Sequence record: OQ984149.1
From: Phage C48C1
Reading direction: 5' to 3' (one strand)
DNA length: 32,000 bases
In this document: positions 9,302-17,356 of the stretch, one piece after another
Position numbering within the stretch: position 1 is the first letter of the stretch
Layout of the letters: the number at the start of each line of letters is the position of its first letter
The notes under the pieces: generated by a model
What the model was told of the DNA's origin: nothing
Database searches by the model: none
The model's input: only the letters and a program-made list of their open reading frames with translations
Translations under genes and position numbers: made by a program

Positions 9302-10074
9302 TGTTACTTACAGCAGGATGCAGTTTCGTCTGGGGTGACGAGCTGGAAGGTTTTGATAATGACCCGCCGACCCACCAACACCTCACGTTCACTCACCTTC
9401 TTGCGGAGAAGTTGGGCGTCGAATATGTCAATCGTGGTGTTTGTGGCGCTTCTAATGACAAAATTTTTCGTGAGGTGACCGACTGGTTACACAACCACCC
9501 AGAAGAAAGACCAACCCATATGGTGGTGATGTGGTCTGCGTTCCAACGCGCAGAGCTCGTTGAGTACATGCCAGCAGAAAGAGACGTTAAGATCGGAAGA
9601 CAAACCGACGTGACCCAGTTTTCTGCTATGCGAACAGAATGCATCTACGACAGAAGAAAAAGAGCGGTAATGGATCGATGGTACGAAGAAGCATATGACT
9701 CTCGTACGGATGTCATGCATACACTGAGTATGATGAAGACATTAGAACTTCTTTGCGAGGGACTAGGCATTCAACTCATACAAGGGTTCTTTCACAAACG
9801 TTGTTGGTCGAATATTATGGCGATCTTGCGCAACGAGAATCTGGACATAGATGACGATATTCGTGAAGCAGACACTTCATCTATGCCTGACTATCAAAGT
9901 TGGTTGAAGGACGCAATTAAAAACCTACACGTCAATAGTCGCATTGGTGCAGGAAGAGGTAAAGATTTGTTCACTCTTGCTTTAGAAGATGATGATGTAA
10001 AGCCACATGGCCACCCAGGCGAGAAGACTCAAGTTGTGTTCGCCGACATTCTATATGATAAGTTCACTCCTTGA
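9301..10074 (+). CDS. SGNH/GDSL hydrolase-like phage protein
   Basis: MLLTAGCSFVWGDELEGF ... YVNRGVCGASNDKIFREV resembles SGNH blocks I and II. Start corrected from 9238 to ATG 9301 (TAATG overlap with iscU). Confidence 0.45.
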   Translation: MLLTAGCSFVWGDELEGFDNDPPTHQHLTFTHLLAEKLGVEYVNRGVCGASNDKIFREVTDWLHNHPEERPTHMVVMWSAFQRAELVEYMPAERDVKIGRQTDVTQFSAMRTECIYDRRKRAVMDRWYEEAYDSRTDVMHTLSMMKTLELLCEGLGIQLIQGFFHKRCWSNIMAILRNENLDIDDDIREADTSSMPDYQSWLKDAIKNLHVNSRIGAGRGKDLFTLALEDDDVKPHGHPGEKTQVVFADILYDKFTP

Positions 10075-10099
10075 CATAACCCTATTACTGTAGTATAAT
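10071..10099 (+). promoter_or_regulatory. sigma70-type promoter TTGACA-N17-TATAAT
   Basis: TTGACA 10071-10076, TATAAT 10094-10099, 17-nt spacer. Confidence 0.9.
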
Positions 10100-10130
10100 A
10101 CCTGCATCATTTAACCAATGGAGCAGTATC

Positions 10131-10364
10131 ATGCCTTACTTAGACATTTATGTCGATGACGATCAGTTTGAACGTATAGTCGTAGAAGAACTAGACTATG
10201 CGATTTCTAACGACCCAGAAATTGAAAACGACTCAGAGTTACGTCGAGCGATGATGCTTGTGAGGAACTATTTCTCTGATCAATCAGAGATCGTTCAACA
10301 AGCATTCCCTTTCATGTATGATTATAGAGAGATGGAAAATGAACTATCAAGCAAATCTAACTAG
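10131..10364 (+). CDS. Hypothetical acidic protein
   Basis: 77 aa ORF, GGAG SD at about 10120, preceded by a consensus promoter. Confidence 0.6.
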   Translation: MPYLDIYVDDDQFERIVVEELDYAISNDPEIENDSELRRAMMLVRNYFSDQSEIVQQAFPFMYDYREMENELSSKSN

Positions 10365-10464
10365 AGAGTACGCGCATCTTCGAAGAAAGGCAGGGAACAA
10401 CCCCACGCCTAAACAAAAGAAACGAATCGAGAAGCTAGAGAAACTTCTGAGACGTACTCTGTGA
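10339..10464 (+). CDS. Small basic ORF (MNYQANLTREYAHLRRKAGNNPTPKQKKRIEKLEKLLRRTL), 41 aa
   Basis: Read directly; bridges the 10131 ORF and the SleB-like ORF with overlaps at both ends. Not in the supplied track (too short). Confidence 0.5.
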   Translation: MNYQANLTREYAHLRRKAGNNPTPKQKKRIEKLEKLLRRTL

Positions 10465-10958
10465 AACTGATACGTACCTTTTCGGTAACTGCATTAGTCT
10501 CGATATTTACTTACGTCGGGTATGTGAATGCATCCCCTCAAGTCAGTAATGAAGATTTAGAATGCCTTGCACTTAATGTTTATCACGAGGCAAGGTCCGA
10601 AAGCTTAGCGGGGCAATATGCGGTCGCGGACGTGGTCCTCAACCGTGTAGAATCACCGATATACCCTAATAACGTTTGCGATGTAGTTTATCAGGGAATA
10701 ATGTGGGAAGGGTTTCCGGTTCGTGACAAATGCCAGTTCAGTTGGTATTGTGACGGTAAGTCTGATCATCCAACGGAAACTGATTCTTGGTATCGAGCTA
10801 TCGGTGTTGCGGTCAATATTCTGCATAATGATCAATTCCGTGGTATTACAGAAAGCGCAACGCATTATCACACCGAATACGTCAACCCCACTTGGAACAA
10901 ATCCATGAACTACATTGGTCGTATTGGAAACCACCTATTTTACTTGGAGACAAGATGA
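10461..10958 (+). CDS. SleB-like cell wall hydrolase with predicted signal peptide (candidate endolysin)
   Basis: ALNVYHEARSESLAGQYAVADVVLNRV ... CQFSWYCDG matches the Hydrolase_2/SleB pattern; N-terminus MKLIRTFSVTALVSIFTYVGYVNA is signal-like; GTG start. Confidence 0.85.
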   Translation: MKLIRTFSVTALVSIFTYVGYVNASPQVSNEDLECLALNVYHEARSESLAGQYAVADVVLNRVESPIYPNNVCDVVYQGIMWEGFPVRDKCQFSWYCDGKSDHPTETDSWYRAIGVAVNILHNDQFRGITESATHYHTEYVNPTWNKSMNYIGRIGNHLFYLETR

Positions 10959-11182
10959 TTTTAGAGTGCTTGATGTGTCTGTCGCTTGAGACGACGCCCT
11001 TGGAACCTGTCCCTACCAAGGTCCAATCTGCCGTCCGTGAAGTTTTCAAAACATCTTACGGAAAGAAGCGGCCATTCTGGAAAACACGCAAAGTTACAGT
11101 CACCATAGACGAACGTACGGATTTTGTCGTGTCTAGTTCACGTAAAAGGATATTTACTGTTGTTCATTATATCAATATATGA
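10955..11182 (+). CDS. Hypothetical protein
   Basis: ATGA overlap with the hydrolase gene; start corrected from 10892 to ATG 10955. Confidence 0.5.
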   Translation: MILECLMCLSLETTPLEPVPTKVQSAVREVFKTSYGKKRPFWKTRKVTVTIDERTDFVVSSSRKRIFTVVHYINI

Positions 11183-11189
11183 TATAATA
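11161..11189 (+). promoter_or_regulatory. Possible promoter TTGTTC-N17-TATAAT upstream of sdhB
   Basis: Perfect -10 at 11184-11189 with a weak -35 at 17-nt spacing. Confidence 0.4.
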
Positions 11190-11236
11190 TCTAACTCTAC
11201 GAAACAATAAATACTCTTGCGATAAGGGGCAGTAAT

Positions 11237-11944
11237 ATGAAAGTCAGCATCTACAGATACAATCCAGAAACCGATGACATGCCTTACATGGAAGACAAGT
11301 GGGTCGACCTACCGGAAGGTAGAGACCTTATGGTCTTAGATGTGTTGGGTATGATCAAGGAAGAAGACGCCAGTGTCACATACCGACGCTCATGTCGTGA
11401 AGGCGTGTGTGGATCTGACGGTATGAACATCAACGGCAAGAACGGACTTGCTTGTATTACTACTGTATCGCAAGCGGTTGGTAAAAAGGGCGAACTAGTT
11501 ATACGACCACTGCCAGGATTACCTGTTGTGAGAGACCTTGTAGTCGACATGACAGTCTTTTACGAACAGTACGCAAAGGTTGATCCGTATTTACAAAACA
11601 ACAACCCAACGGTCGGTATAGAACGACTACAGACGCCAGAAGAAAGGGCAAAACTGGATGGTCTGTATGAGTGCATTTTGTGTGCATGTTGTTCTACATC
11701 ATGTCCGTCATTCTGGTGGAACCCAGATAAGTTTTTGGGGCCTGCGGCACTTCTGGGATCATATAGATTTCTCGCAGACTCCCGTGACATGGCGACGGAA
11801 GATCGTCTGTCCAAACTCGATGACCCGTTCAGTGTATTCCGCTGTCACGGTATCATGAACTGTGTGAACGTTTGCCCGAAAGGATTGAATCCAACAAAAG
11901 CGATCGGACACATTAAAACAATGTTGCTTGAACGTGCATCTTAG
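11237..11944 (+). CDS. sdhB: Succinate dehydrogenase/fumarate reductase iron-sulfur subunit
   Basis: CREGVCGSDGMNINGKNGLAC (2Fe-2S ligands), ECILCACCSTSCPSFWWNPDKFLGPAALL, and CHGIMNCVNVCPKGLNPTKAI (4Fe-4S and 3Fe-4S ligands); 235 aa and apparently complete. Confidence 0.97.
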   Translation: MKVSIYRYNPETDDMPYMEDKWVDLPEGRDLMVLDVLGMIKEEDASVTYRRSCREGVCGSDGMNINGKNGLACITTVSQAVGKKGELVIRPLPGLPVVRDLVVDMTVFYEQYAKVDPYLQNNNPTVGIERLQTPEERAKLDGLYECILCACCSTSCPSFWWNPDKFLGPAALLGSYRFLADSRDMATEDRLSKLDDPFSVFRCHGIMNCVNVCPKGLNPTKAIGHIKTMLLERAS

Positions 11945-11947
11945 GTA

Positions 11948-11976
11948 TTGACATGTCAGCAACAAAGAGGTATAAT
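11948..11976 (+). promoter_or_regulatory. sigma70-type promoter TTGACA-N17-TATAAT
   Basis: TTGACA 11948-11953, TATAAT 11971-11976, immediately after the sdhB stop. Confidence 0.88.
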
Positions 11977-12000
11977 TCAAAACAACAAGAGAAATCCACA

Positions 12001-12255
12001 ATGGAAGGTCTAACATATCCGTCTGCGTATTTTAATGATGGTGGAGTGGACACGCAACAAGTCTACATTGCTTATGATCAATTAGGTATGATTATTGGTG
12101 TTTATAGATGTATAGAAACTGCGATTGACAAGGCTGCAACAGAGGTATCAACGCACATGCTCGATCAAGTTCATGTTGAAGTATCTGATGTGGCTATATT
12201 TGTTGAAGGGGAAAGGGGAAGAAAGGTTACTATACTGATTGAGCAGTTAAGGTAG
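12001..12255 (+). CDS. Hypothetical protein, 84 aa
   Basis: MEGLTYPSAYFNDGG...; start set to ATG 12001, downstream of the promoter, because the ATG 11953 of the supplied ORF lies upstream of the predicted +1. Confidence 0.55.
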   Translation: MEGLTYPSAYFNDGGVDTQQVYIAYDQLGMIIGVYRCIETAIDKAATEVSTHMLDQVHVEVSDVAIFVEGERGRKVTILIEQLR

Positions 12256-12300
12256 CCCTATATACTGTAACTTTGAGACTTAACCTATTTGGAATTTATT

Positions 12301-13542
12301 ATGAAAAAGCGTGACTACTCACCTGAACAGGTACGACGCCTACAAGGAACCGTTTCTATTGATCACACCCTCGCAAAGATGGGTGCGGCCAAACTGCGTC
12401 AACTGTTCGAAGAGAACGAATACATCAACACATTTGGAGCATATAATGGACAACAGGCAGTCCAACACGTCAAAGCAGGACTCAAAGCAATCTATCTCTC
12501 GGGATGGCAAGTTGCCGCATCCGCCAACTCCCACAACGAGGTATACCCAGATCAGTCTCTCTATGCTGTTGATAGTGTGCCTAACGTTGTCCGGTCTATC
12601 AATAATGCATTTAGACGACAAGATCAGATCGAATATTTGGAGTCTGGAAACGGGTTTGAATTTGCCCCTATTATTGCCGATGCTGAAGCAGGATTCGGTG
12701 GAGTTCTAAATGCGTATGAGCTTGCCCGTAACCTTATCGAGGCCGGCGCTTCAGGTGTCCACTTCGAAGACCAAGTCGCCGCAGAAAAGAAGTGCGGACA
12801 CTTGGGTGGAAAGGTTCTTATCCCGACTTCTCAGGCTATACGTAACCTCAATGCTGCTCGTCTCGCTAGTGATGTGGCTGGCACTGACACCGTGGTTATT
12901 GCAAGGACTGACGCAGAGTCTGCAAAACTAATCTCTAGTAATATCTCAGATATTGATAAACCATTCATCAAGAGAGTCGCGCAGGGTTCTGCGGGTTCTA
13001 TTCAATGTCGCACACAAGAAGGGTTCTACCAACTACAAGAAGATCGTGGGTTGGAGTTCGGTTGTGTGCGCGGTCAGGCATACGCAGAATATGCCGACCT
13101 TGTTTGGTGCGAGACATCGACACCAGACCTAAAAGATGCTAAGCGTTTCGCTGACGCAGTCAAGGGTGCAGTTCCAGACGCGATGCTCGCGTACAACTGT
13201 TCACCATCATTCAACTGGCGCAAGTCAATCCCAGGCGACCAAGAACTAAAAGACTTCCAAAGAGAATTGGGTCGTATGGGGTTCAAGTTCCAGTTTATTA
13301 CACTTGCTGGTTTCCACCAGACTAACTATGCAGTCTTTGATTTCGCAAACCGATACAAAGATGAGGGGATGTATGCTTACAGTTTATTACAGGAGGCAGA
13401 GTTCGATGCAGAGGCGAGAGGTTACACCGGAGCAAAACACCAAAGAGAAGTTGGAGTCGGGTATTTTGACGCGATTACTACTACGCTTGGGTCTTCGTCA
13501 ACCGCTGCGATGGCAGGGTCAACCGAAGAAGATCAATTTTAA
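12301..13542 (+). CDS. aceA: Isocitrate lyase
   Basis: YLSGWQVAAS, IIADAEAGFGG, VHFEDQVAAEKKCGHLGGKVLIPT (active-site KKCGH), VIARTDAE, CSPSFNW, and C-terminal AGSTEEDQF; 413 aa and full length. ORF opens at 12289; MKKRDYS at 12301 is the likely start. Confidence 0.97.
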   Translation: MKKRDYSPEQVRRLQGTVSIDHTLAKMGAAKLRQLFEENEYINTFGAYNGQQAVQHVKAGLKAIYLSGWQVAASANSHNEVYPDQSLYAVDSVPNVVRSINNAFRRQDQIEYLESGNGFEFAPIIADAEAGFGGVLNAYELARNLIEAGASGVHFEDQVAAEKKCGHLGGKVLIPTSQAIRNLNAARLASDVAGTDTVVIARTDAESAKLISSNISDIDKPFIKRVAQGSAGSIQCRTQEGFYQLQEDRGLEFGCVRGQAYAEYADLVWCETSTPDLKDAKRFADAVKGAVPDAMLAYNCSPSFNWRKSIPGDQELKDFQRELGRMGFKFQFITLAGFHQTNYAVFDFANRYKDEGMYAYSLLQEAEFDAEARGYTGAKHQREVGVGYFDAITTTLGSSSTAAMAGSTEEDQF

Positions 13543-13548
13543 GGCACC

Positions 13549-13568
13549 CCCAAACAAGTGTGTTTGGG
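13549..13568 (+). terminator. Perfect 8-bp hairpin CCCAAACA-AGTG-TGTTTGGG after aceA
   Basis: Exact inverted repeat 13549-13556/13561-13568. The U-tract is poor (ATTTGG), so it could be an attenuator or mRNA stabiliser. Confidence 0.5.
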
Positions 13569-13597
13569 ATTTGGAGAATGAAGGATAGGAGACAATT

Positions 13598-13993
13598 ATG
13601 TCTAATGATGATTTTAAATTTATTGTAAGAAATGGTATTGATATCACTGGTGACGCAGAAGTTACAGGAACGGTAACTGCGAATGCATTCGTAGGTGATG
13701 GTTCAGGTCTTACTGGTATTTCTGGTGGTGGTTCAAGTACTGTATCTGGTACGGTAGATGGCCACTTGATTCCCGACACTAACAGTGCATACGATCTAGG
13801 TTCTGCGGAATATAAGTTCCGTCACTTGTATCTTTCTAACAACTCTCTATACGCAGAAAGCGGCAGACTTTCGTTTGAAGACGGACAATTGACTTTCCGT
13901 GACGATCCAGTTCTTATGTTATCTGAAGTGAAATCGATTGCGGCCGAGTCAGAAACATTCGAAGAATTCAAAGCCGCCCTAGCGAGTCTATGA
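13598..13993 (+). CDS. Tail fibre/structural-type repeat protein
   Basis: GTVTANAFVGDGSGLTGISGGG and IPDTNSAYDLGSAEYKFRHLYLSNN are fibre-like patterns in cyanophage-type myoviruses. Confidence 0.65.
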   Translation: MSNDDFKFIVRNGIDITGDAEVTGTVTANAFVGDGSGLTGISGGGSSTVSGTVDGHLIPDTNSAYDLGSAEYKFRHLYLSNNSLYAESGRLSFEDGQLTFRDDPVLMLSEVKSIAAESETFEEFKAALASL

Positions 13994-14652
13994 TGTCAAA
14001 CGTAGAAGCACCAAATATAAACTCAAGCGGAACAAATAATTCAGATCTTTTGGCAGAACAAAGTGGAACGCCTAATATGTCGAGCGAAAAAACATTTACT
14101 GTAGATACTAACATGAAGGTCAATGGAGATCTGGATGTTGCTGGAACTGTCACCGCAGAAGCATTTATCGGAGATGGTTCACAACTAACTGGAATCTCTG
14201 GTGGTGGTTCGCAATCAGAGATTATCGGCGGCAATGCGTTTGTTAAGATCGAAGAAGGAGACCCTGACGGCGACAGTGATGCGCCAGCCAATATTAAAAT
14301 GGTTTCTATTGGCGGCGCCGATTTATGGGACGTAGATGTTTCAACCATCAACGATGTCAGTATAACTACCGGCGATGATATTGAATTGAATGCTGGTGAT
14401 GATGTTGATATCTCTGCTGAGGAAAATGTTAATATCACTTCTGTTGATTATATGGACCTTATTTCTGAAGATAACATCTATCTAACTGCAGAAGGTAAGA
14501 TTGATCTAGAAGCAGATGATTACATTGAGTTGAATAGTGAAGTACGTATGATTGGTGAAGTTGTCATGGTCGAAAACCTACCTACAACCGACCCAGTAAA
14601 TGCGGGTCAACTTTGGAATGATAACGGGACACTGAAAGTCTCTGCAGGATAA
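13990..14652 (+). CDS. Tail fibre/structural-type repeat protein (paralogous segment of previous ORF)
   Basis: GTVTAEAFIGDGSQLTGISGGGSQS, beta-helix-like DDxxLxAxxDVxIxAxE periodicity, and PTTDPVNAGQLWNDNGTLKVSAG C-terminus. Confidence 0.7.
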   Translation: MMSNVEAPNINSSGTNNSDLLAEQSGTPNMSSEKTFTVDTNMKVNGDLDVAGTVTAEAFIGDGSQLTGISGGGSQSEIIGGNAFVKIEEGDPDGDSDAPANIKMVSIGGADLWDVDVSTINDVSITTGDDIELNAGDDVDISAEENVNITSVDYMDLISEDNIYLTAEGKIDLEADDYIELNSEVRMIGEVVMVENLPTTDPVNAGQLWNDNGTLKVSAG

Positions 14653-14655
14653 TTT

Positions 14656-14874
14656 ATGCCAGTAAAATACAAGCCAAGTAATTTCGTAAAGAGCGCAAAG
14701 GCAAGATTGCGCGGTAAAACAACGCACTATTATATGCACACGCTTGACAACACTCAGTTGTGGAACGAGTTCTTCAGTACCAATAACAAACGGTATAAGA
14801 GAAAAATGCGAAACGAGTTATGTCAACGCGGATTCGTCCATCAAGACTTTATTGAACGAGAAGCTGCAAGGTGA
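14656..14874 (+). CDS. Conserved small phage protein
   Basis: MPVKYKPSNFVKSAKARLRGK..., tight junctions (overlaps the next ORF by 4 nt). Confidence 0.6.
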   Translation: MPVKYKPSNFVKSAKARLRGKTTHYYMHTLDNTQLWNEFFSTNNKRYKRKMRNELCQRGFVHQDFIEREAAR

Positions 14875-15437
14875 TAGACACTTCCTTTCTGACCGAAGGT
14901 CTGAAGAAAGTAGAAGGTCATCTCAAAACTACTAGTAGAACAGTAGAGTCGTTCATAGAAATTTACAACATCATACAACCTTCTAAGGTCTTAGAAATAG
15001 GATTCAATGCAGGGCATAGTGCCTACATGTCCTTGACTATCCTACCTGAAGTGGTGTATAATTCTGTAGATATTGGTGGTCATTATTACACTTCTATAAA
15101 TGCGAATAAACTGAAAGATCTGTTTGGCGAACGGTTTTCTTATCAAAAGATTAATTCTCAGAAGATAGTGCCTTCATCGATGCAGGGATATGATGCAGTG
15201 TTTGTTGATGGGGACCATAGCATGAGCGGTATTACTTCAGACTTAAAGTTATGTAACCATATGAAGGTTCCTTACATATTAGTTGATGATTATCACCCTA
15301 AGTGGTTTAGTGTCATCGTTGAAGTGACGCAACATTTTATAAACAAAGAAGACTTTCCTTATGAGATGGTGAGAGTCTTTGAGTATGATTCTACAGGCGG
15401 CGACAATTGTGTCGCTCTTTTAAGGAGAGTTGAATGA
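14871..15437 (+). CDS. Class I SAM-dependent methyltransferase (Methyltransf_24-like)
   Basis: KVLEIGFNAGHSAYMSL (SAM motif I), YDAVFVDGDHS, and ILVDDYHP. Confidence 0.75.
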   Translation: MIDTSFLTEGLKKVEGHLKTTSRTVESFIEIYNIIQPSKVLEIGFNAGHSAYMSLTILPEVVYNSVDIGGHYYTSINANKLKDLFGERFSYQKINSQKIVPSSMQGYDAVFVDGDHSMSGITSDLKLCNHMKVPYILVDDYHPKWFSVIVEVTQHFINKEDFPYEMVRVFEYDSTGGDNCVALLRRVE

Positions 15438-15679
15438 TGGAAATTGCAGAGTCACCTATTTCAAGAACAGGTAATGAAGTCTGGGACAAAACCTTCAACG
15501 ATTGCTTTTGGCAAAATATGTCAACTATAGTATGGAATCATAGTTGCATGTTTGAAGGCGATATCTGGGTAGGTAAAGGCGAAGAGTGTTCTTGGTGCGG
15601 TGGTACAGAAGAAACTGAAGGTCGCGAAGTTGAATACCATAGAATAATGGGAACGCTGTACGGAAAGTTTTATAAATGA
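15434..15679 (+). CDS. Hypothetical protein with CxxCG half zinc motif
   Basis: GKGEECSWCGGTEET; overlapping translation junctions. Confidence 0.5.
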   Translation: MMEIAESPISRTGNEVWDKTFNDCFWQNMSTIVWNHSCMFEGDIWVGKGEECSWCGGTEETEGREVEYHRIMGTLYGKFYK

Positions 15680-15813
15680 GTATAGGTCTGTTAGGGCTTC
15701 TTGCAGTTTTTCTTTGCCCTATGGTTTTTGGTGGGCTCACGATGTACTACTCGCACAAAGAGATTCACAAAGAAACACTAGATAGATGGGAGAAACAAAG
15801 TGAACGTGATTAA
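15676..15813 (+). CDS. Small single-pass membrane ORF (MSIGLLGLLAVFLCPMVFGGLTMYYSHKEIHKETLDRWEKQSERD), 45 aa
   Basis: Read directly; ATGA overlap upstream and overlap with the GTG-started next ORF. Missing from the supplied track. Confidence 0.5.
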   Translation: MSIGLLGLLAVFLCPMVFGGLTMYYSHKEIHKETLDRWEKQSERD

Positions 15814-16090
15814 AAAAGTTGGATTTGCAATCTATGACCTATATGAGTTTTTCTTCAATTTGAAGGTTAACCCTTTGCGTCATATTCCGAACGAGCTTGT
15901 GCAGTTTATTCTTATGTTCTATTTGTCTGTGATGTGGTCAGTAGTGTTCACATTCTGGGCAGGATACACTTGGATGTATGGGATTTATAGTGCGGGCGGC
16001 CATCTTATGGTACTTGGAGCATTCTTTATCACCGTTGCTATATTCAGAGATGCTGAAAAGAATGGCCATTTGTGGGTAAAACGACAATGA
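15800..16090 (+). CDS. Membrane protein, hypothetical
   Basis: Two hydrophobic segments (FILMFYLSVMWSVVFTFWAGYTWMYGIY; LMVLGAFFITVAIF). Confidence 0.55.
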   Translation: MNVIKKVGFAIYDLYEFFFNLKVNPLRHIPNELVQFILMFYLSVMWSVVFTFWAGYTWMYGIYSAGGHLMVLGAFFITVAIFRDAEKNGHLWVKRQ

Positions 16091-16464
16091 AGTTCAAGAT
16101 AGTCTACAAGAAAGAGAGTGAGTCGATTTTCCCTTGGAAGTCTCGTTACCGTGGTGTGGTTCTGTGGCCGTATGTGATCATGCGTCCAAGAAAATATGCG
16201 ACGGGTGAGATTGCACAGTCTGAAATGATGACGCGTCGTTCGCTCGTCAAGTTGTATCGTCACGAGTTGCAACACTGCTATCAGATCAAACGTATGGGTG
16301 TAATCAAGTTCTATATACGATACGTTTGGTTGAACCTCATTAAGGGATATCAGGATCATCCCGATGAGATAGAGGCGCGGCAGTACGAGAATGAGAAGTT
16401 GACACAACTTGAAGAAAAGTGGCTCCATGATGGAGTCATAGATTTGTCAGAGATGGAGGATTAA
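16087..16464 (+). CDS. Hypothetical protein with HExxH metallopeptidase-like motif
   Basis: LVKLYRHELQHCYQIKRMG contains HELQH; start corrected from 16072 to ATG 16087. Confidence 0.6.
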   Translation: MKFKIVYKKESESIFPWKSRYRGVVLWPYVIMRPRKYATGEIAQSEMMTRRSLVKLYRHELQHCYQIKRMGVIKFYIRYVWLNLIKGYQDHPDEIEARQYENEKLTQLEEKWLHDGVIDLSEMED

Positions 16465-17057
16465 TGACAGACAACAATCAACGGTGGAATAAAATCACCG
16501 GAATGAAAGTGGGCGACACGTTGCCCGAAGCAACGTTTCAGACACGCGTACGTGATGAAAGTATTGATGGACCTAATCCATATCGTTGGGAAGAGACTAC
16601 AATGGCAGACTATACTGCAGGTCGTCGTGTTGTAATCTTCTCACTCCCAGGCGCATTCACGCCAACCTGCTCTACGATGCAGTTACCGACATTCGAAGAA
16701 AAGTTTGATCAGTTTGTTGATCTAGGTATCGATGATATCTACTGTATGTCAGTCAACGACTCATTCGTAATGAACGCATGGGCACGAGATCAAGAACTCA
16801 AGCGAGTAAAAGTGATTCCAGACGGATCTGGGAACTTCACTCGTGCGATGGGAATGCTTGTCGATAAAGACAACCTAGGGTTCGGATACCGTTCTTGGCG
16901 TTATGCGATGGTCGTCACCGATGGTGTGATAGAGGCATTGTTCCGTGAAGCAAGTATCCGTGATAACGCGGATGATGACCCGTATGAGATGACCACCCCT
17001 GAAAATCTACTTGGGTATTTGCGAAACGCGATACCGCAAGAAGAAGAGGTGGCCTGA
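16464..17057 (+). CDS. Peroxiredoxin (Prx5/redoxin-type)
   Basis: VVIFSLPGAFTPTCSTMQLPTFEEKFDQF, IYCMSVNDSFVMNAWA, and GFGYRSWRYAMVVTDG. Confidence 0.93.
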   Translation: MTDNNQRWNKITGMKVGDTLPEATFQTRVRDESIDGPNPYRWEETTMADYTAGRRVVIFSLPGAFTPTCSTMQLPTFEEKFDQFVDLGIDDIYCMSVNDSFVMNAWARDQELKRVKVIPDGSGNFTRAMGMLVDKDNLGFGYRSWRYAMVVTDGVIEALFREASIRDNADDDPYEMTTPENLLGYLRNAIPQEEEVA

Positions 17058-17060
17058 TAA

Positions 17061-17348
17061 TTAAGAAATGATCTGCTGCACTTCGCAGTAGTTCTTTTCC
17101 TTATCGACAATGATAGCGATCATAGATTCTTCAACGATTCGACGACCGTTATTCTTCACTACGACTTTTGAGTCAGGTGAAAGTTTTAGGTTACAATCGT
17201 GAGATAGCTTTACATCTCCACGATTTTTAGTTATAATATGCACACTATCTGATGATATAAGTAGTTTATCATCTTTAGAGACTGTGACTGAGTTTGCAAG
17301 TGCTGCTGGTGTCATTAGTAGCAACACTAGTGATAATACTAGTTTCAT
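17061..17348 (-). CDS. Small exported protein, hypothetical
   Basis: Minus-strand 95 aa ORF, signal peptide MKLVLSLVLLLMTPAALA|N, AGGAG SD 9 nt upstream of ATG; convergent with peroxiredoxin. Confidence 0.7.
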   Translation of the reverse strand: MKLVLSLVLLLMTPAALANSVTVSKDDKLLISSDSVHIITKNRGDVKLSHDCNLKLSPDSKVVVKNNGRRIVEESMIAIIVDKEKNYCEVQQIIS

Positions 17349-17356
17349 TTGCTTTC

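Noticed and set aside
13598-14652. Fibre-like repeats considered as a diversity-generating retroelement target
   Set aside because: No reverse transcriptase ORF and no adenine-biased template repeat were seen; the repeats look like ordinary fibre modules.
15671-15678. TATAAATG as a late promoter
   Set aside because: One mismatch to the octamer, and it lies inside a tight coding junction (end of 15434-15679 and start of the 45 aa ORF).
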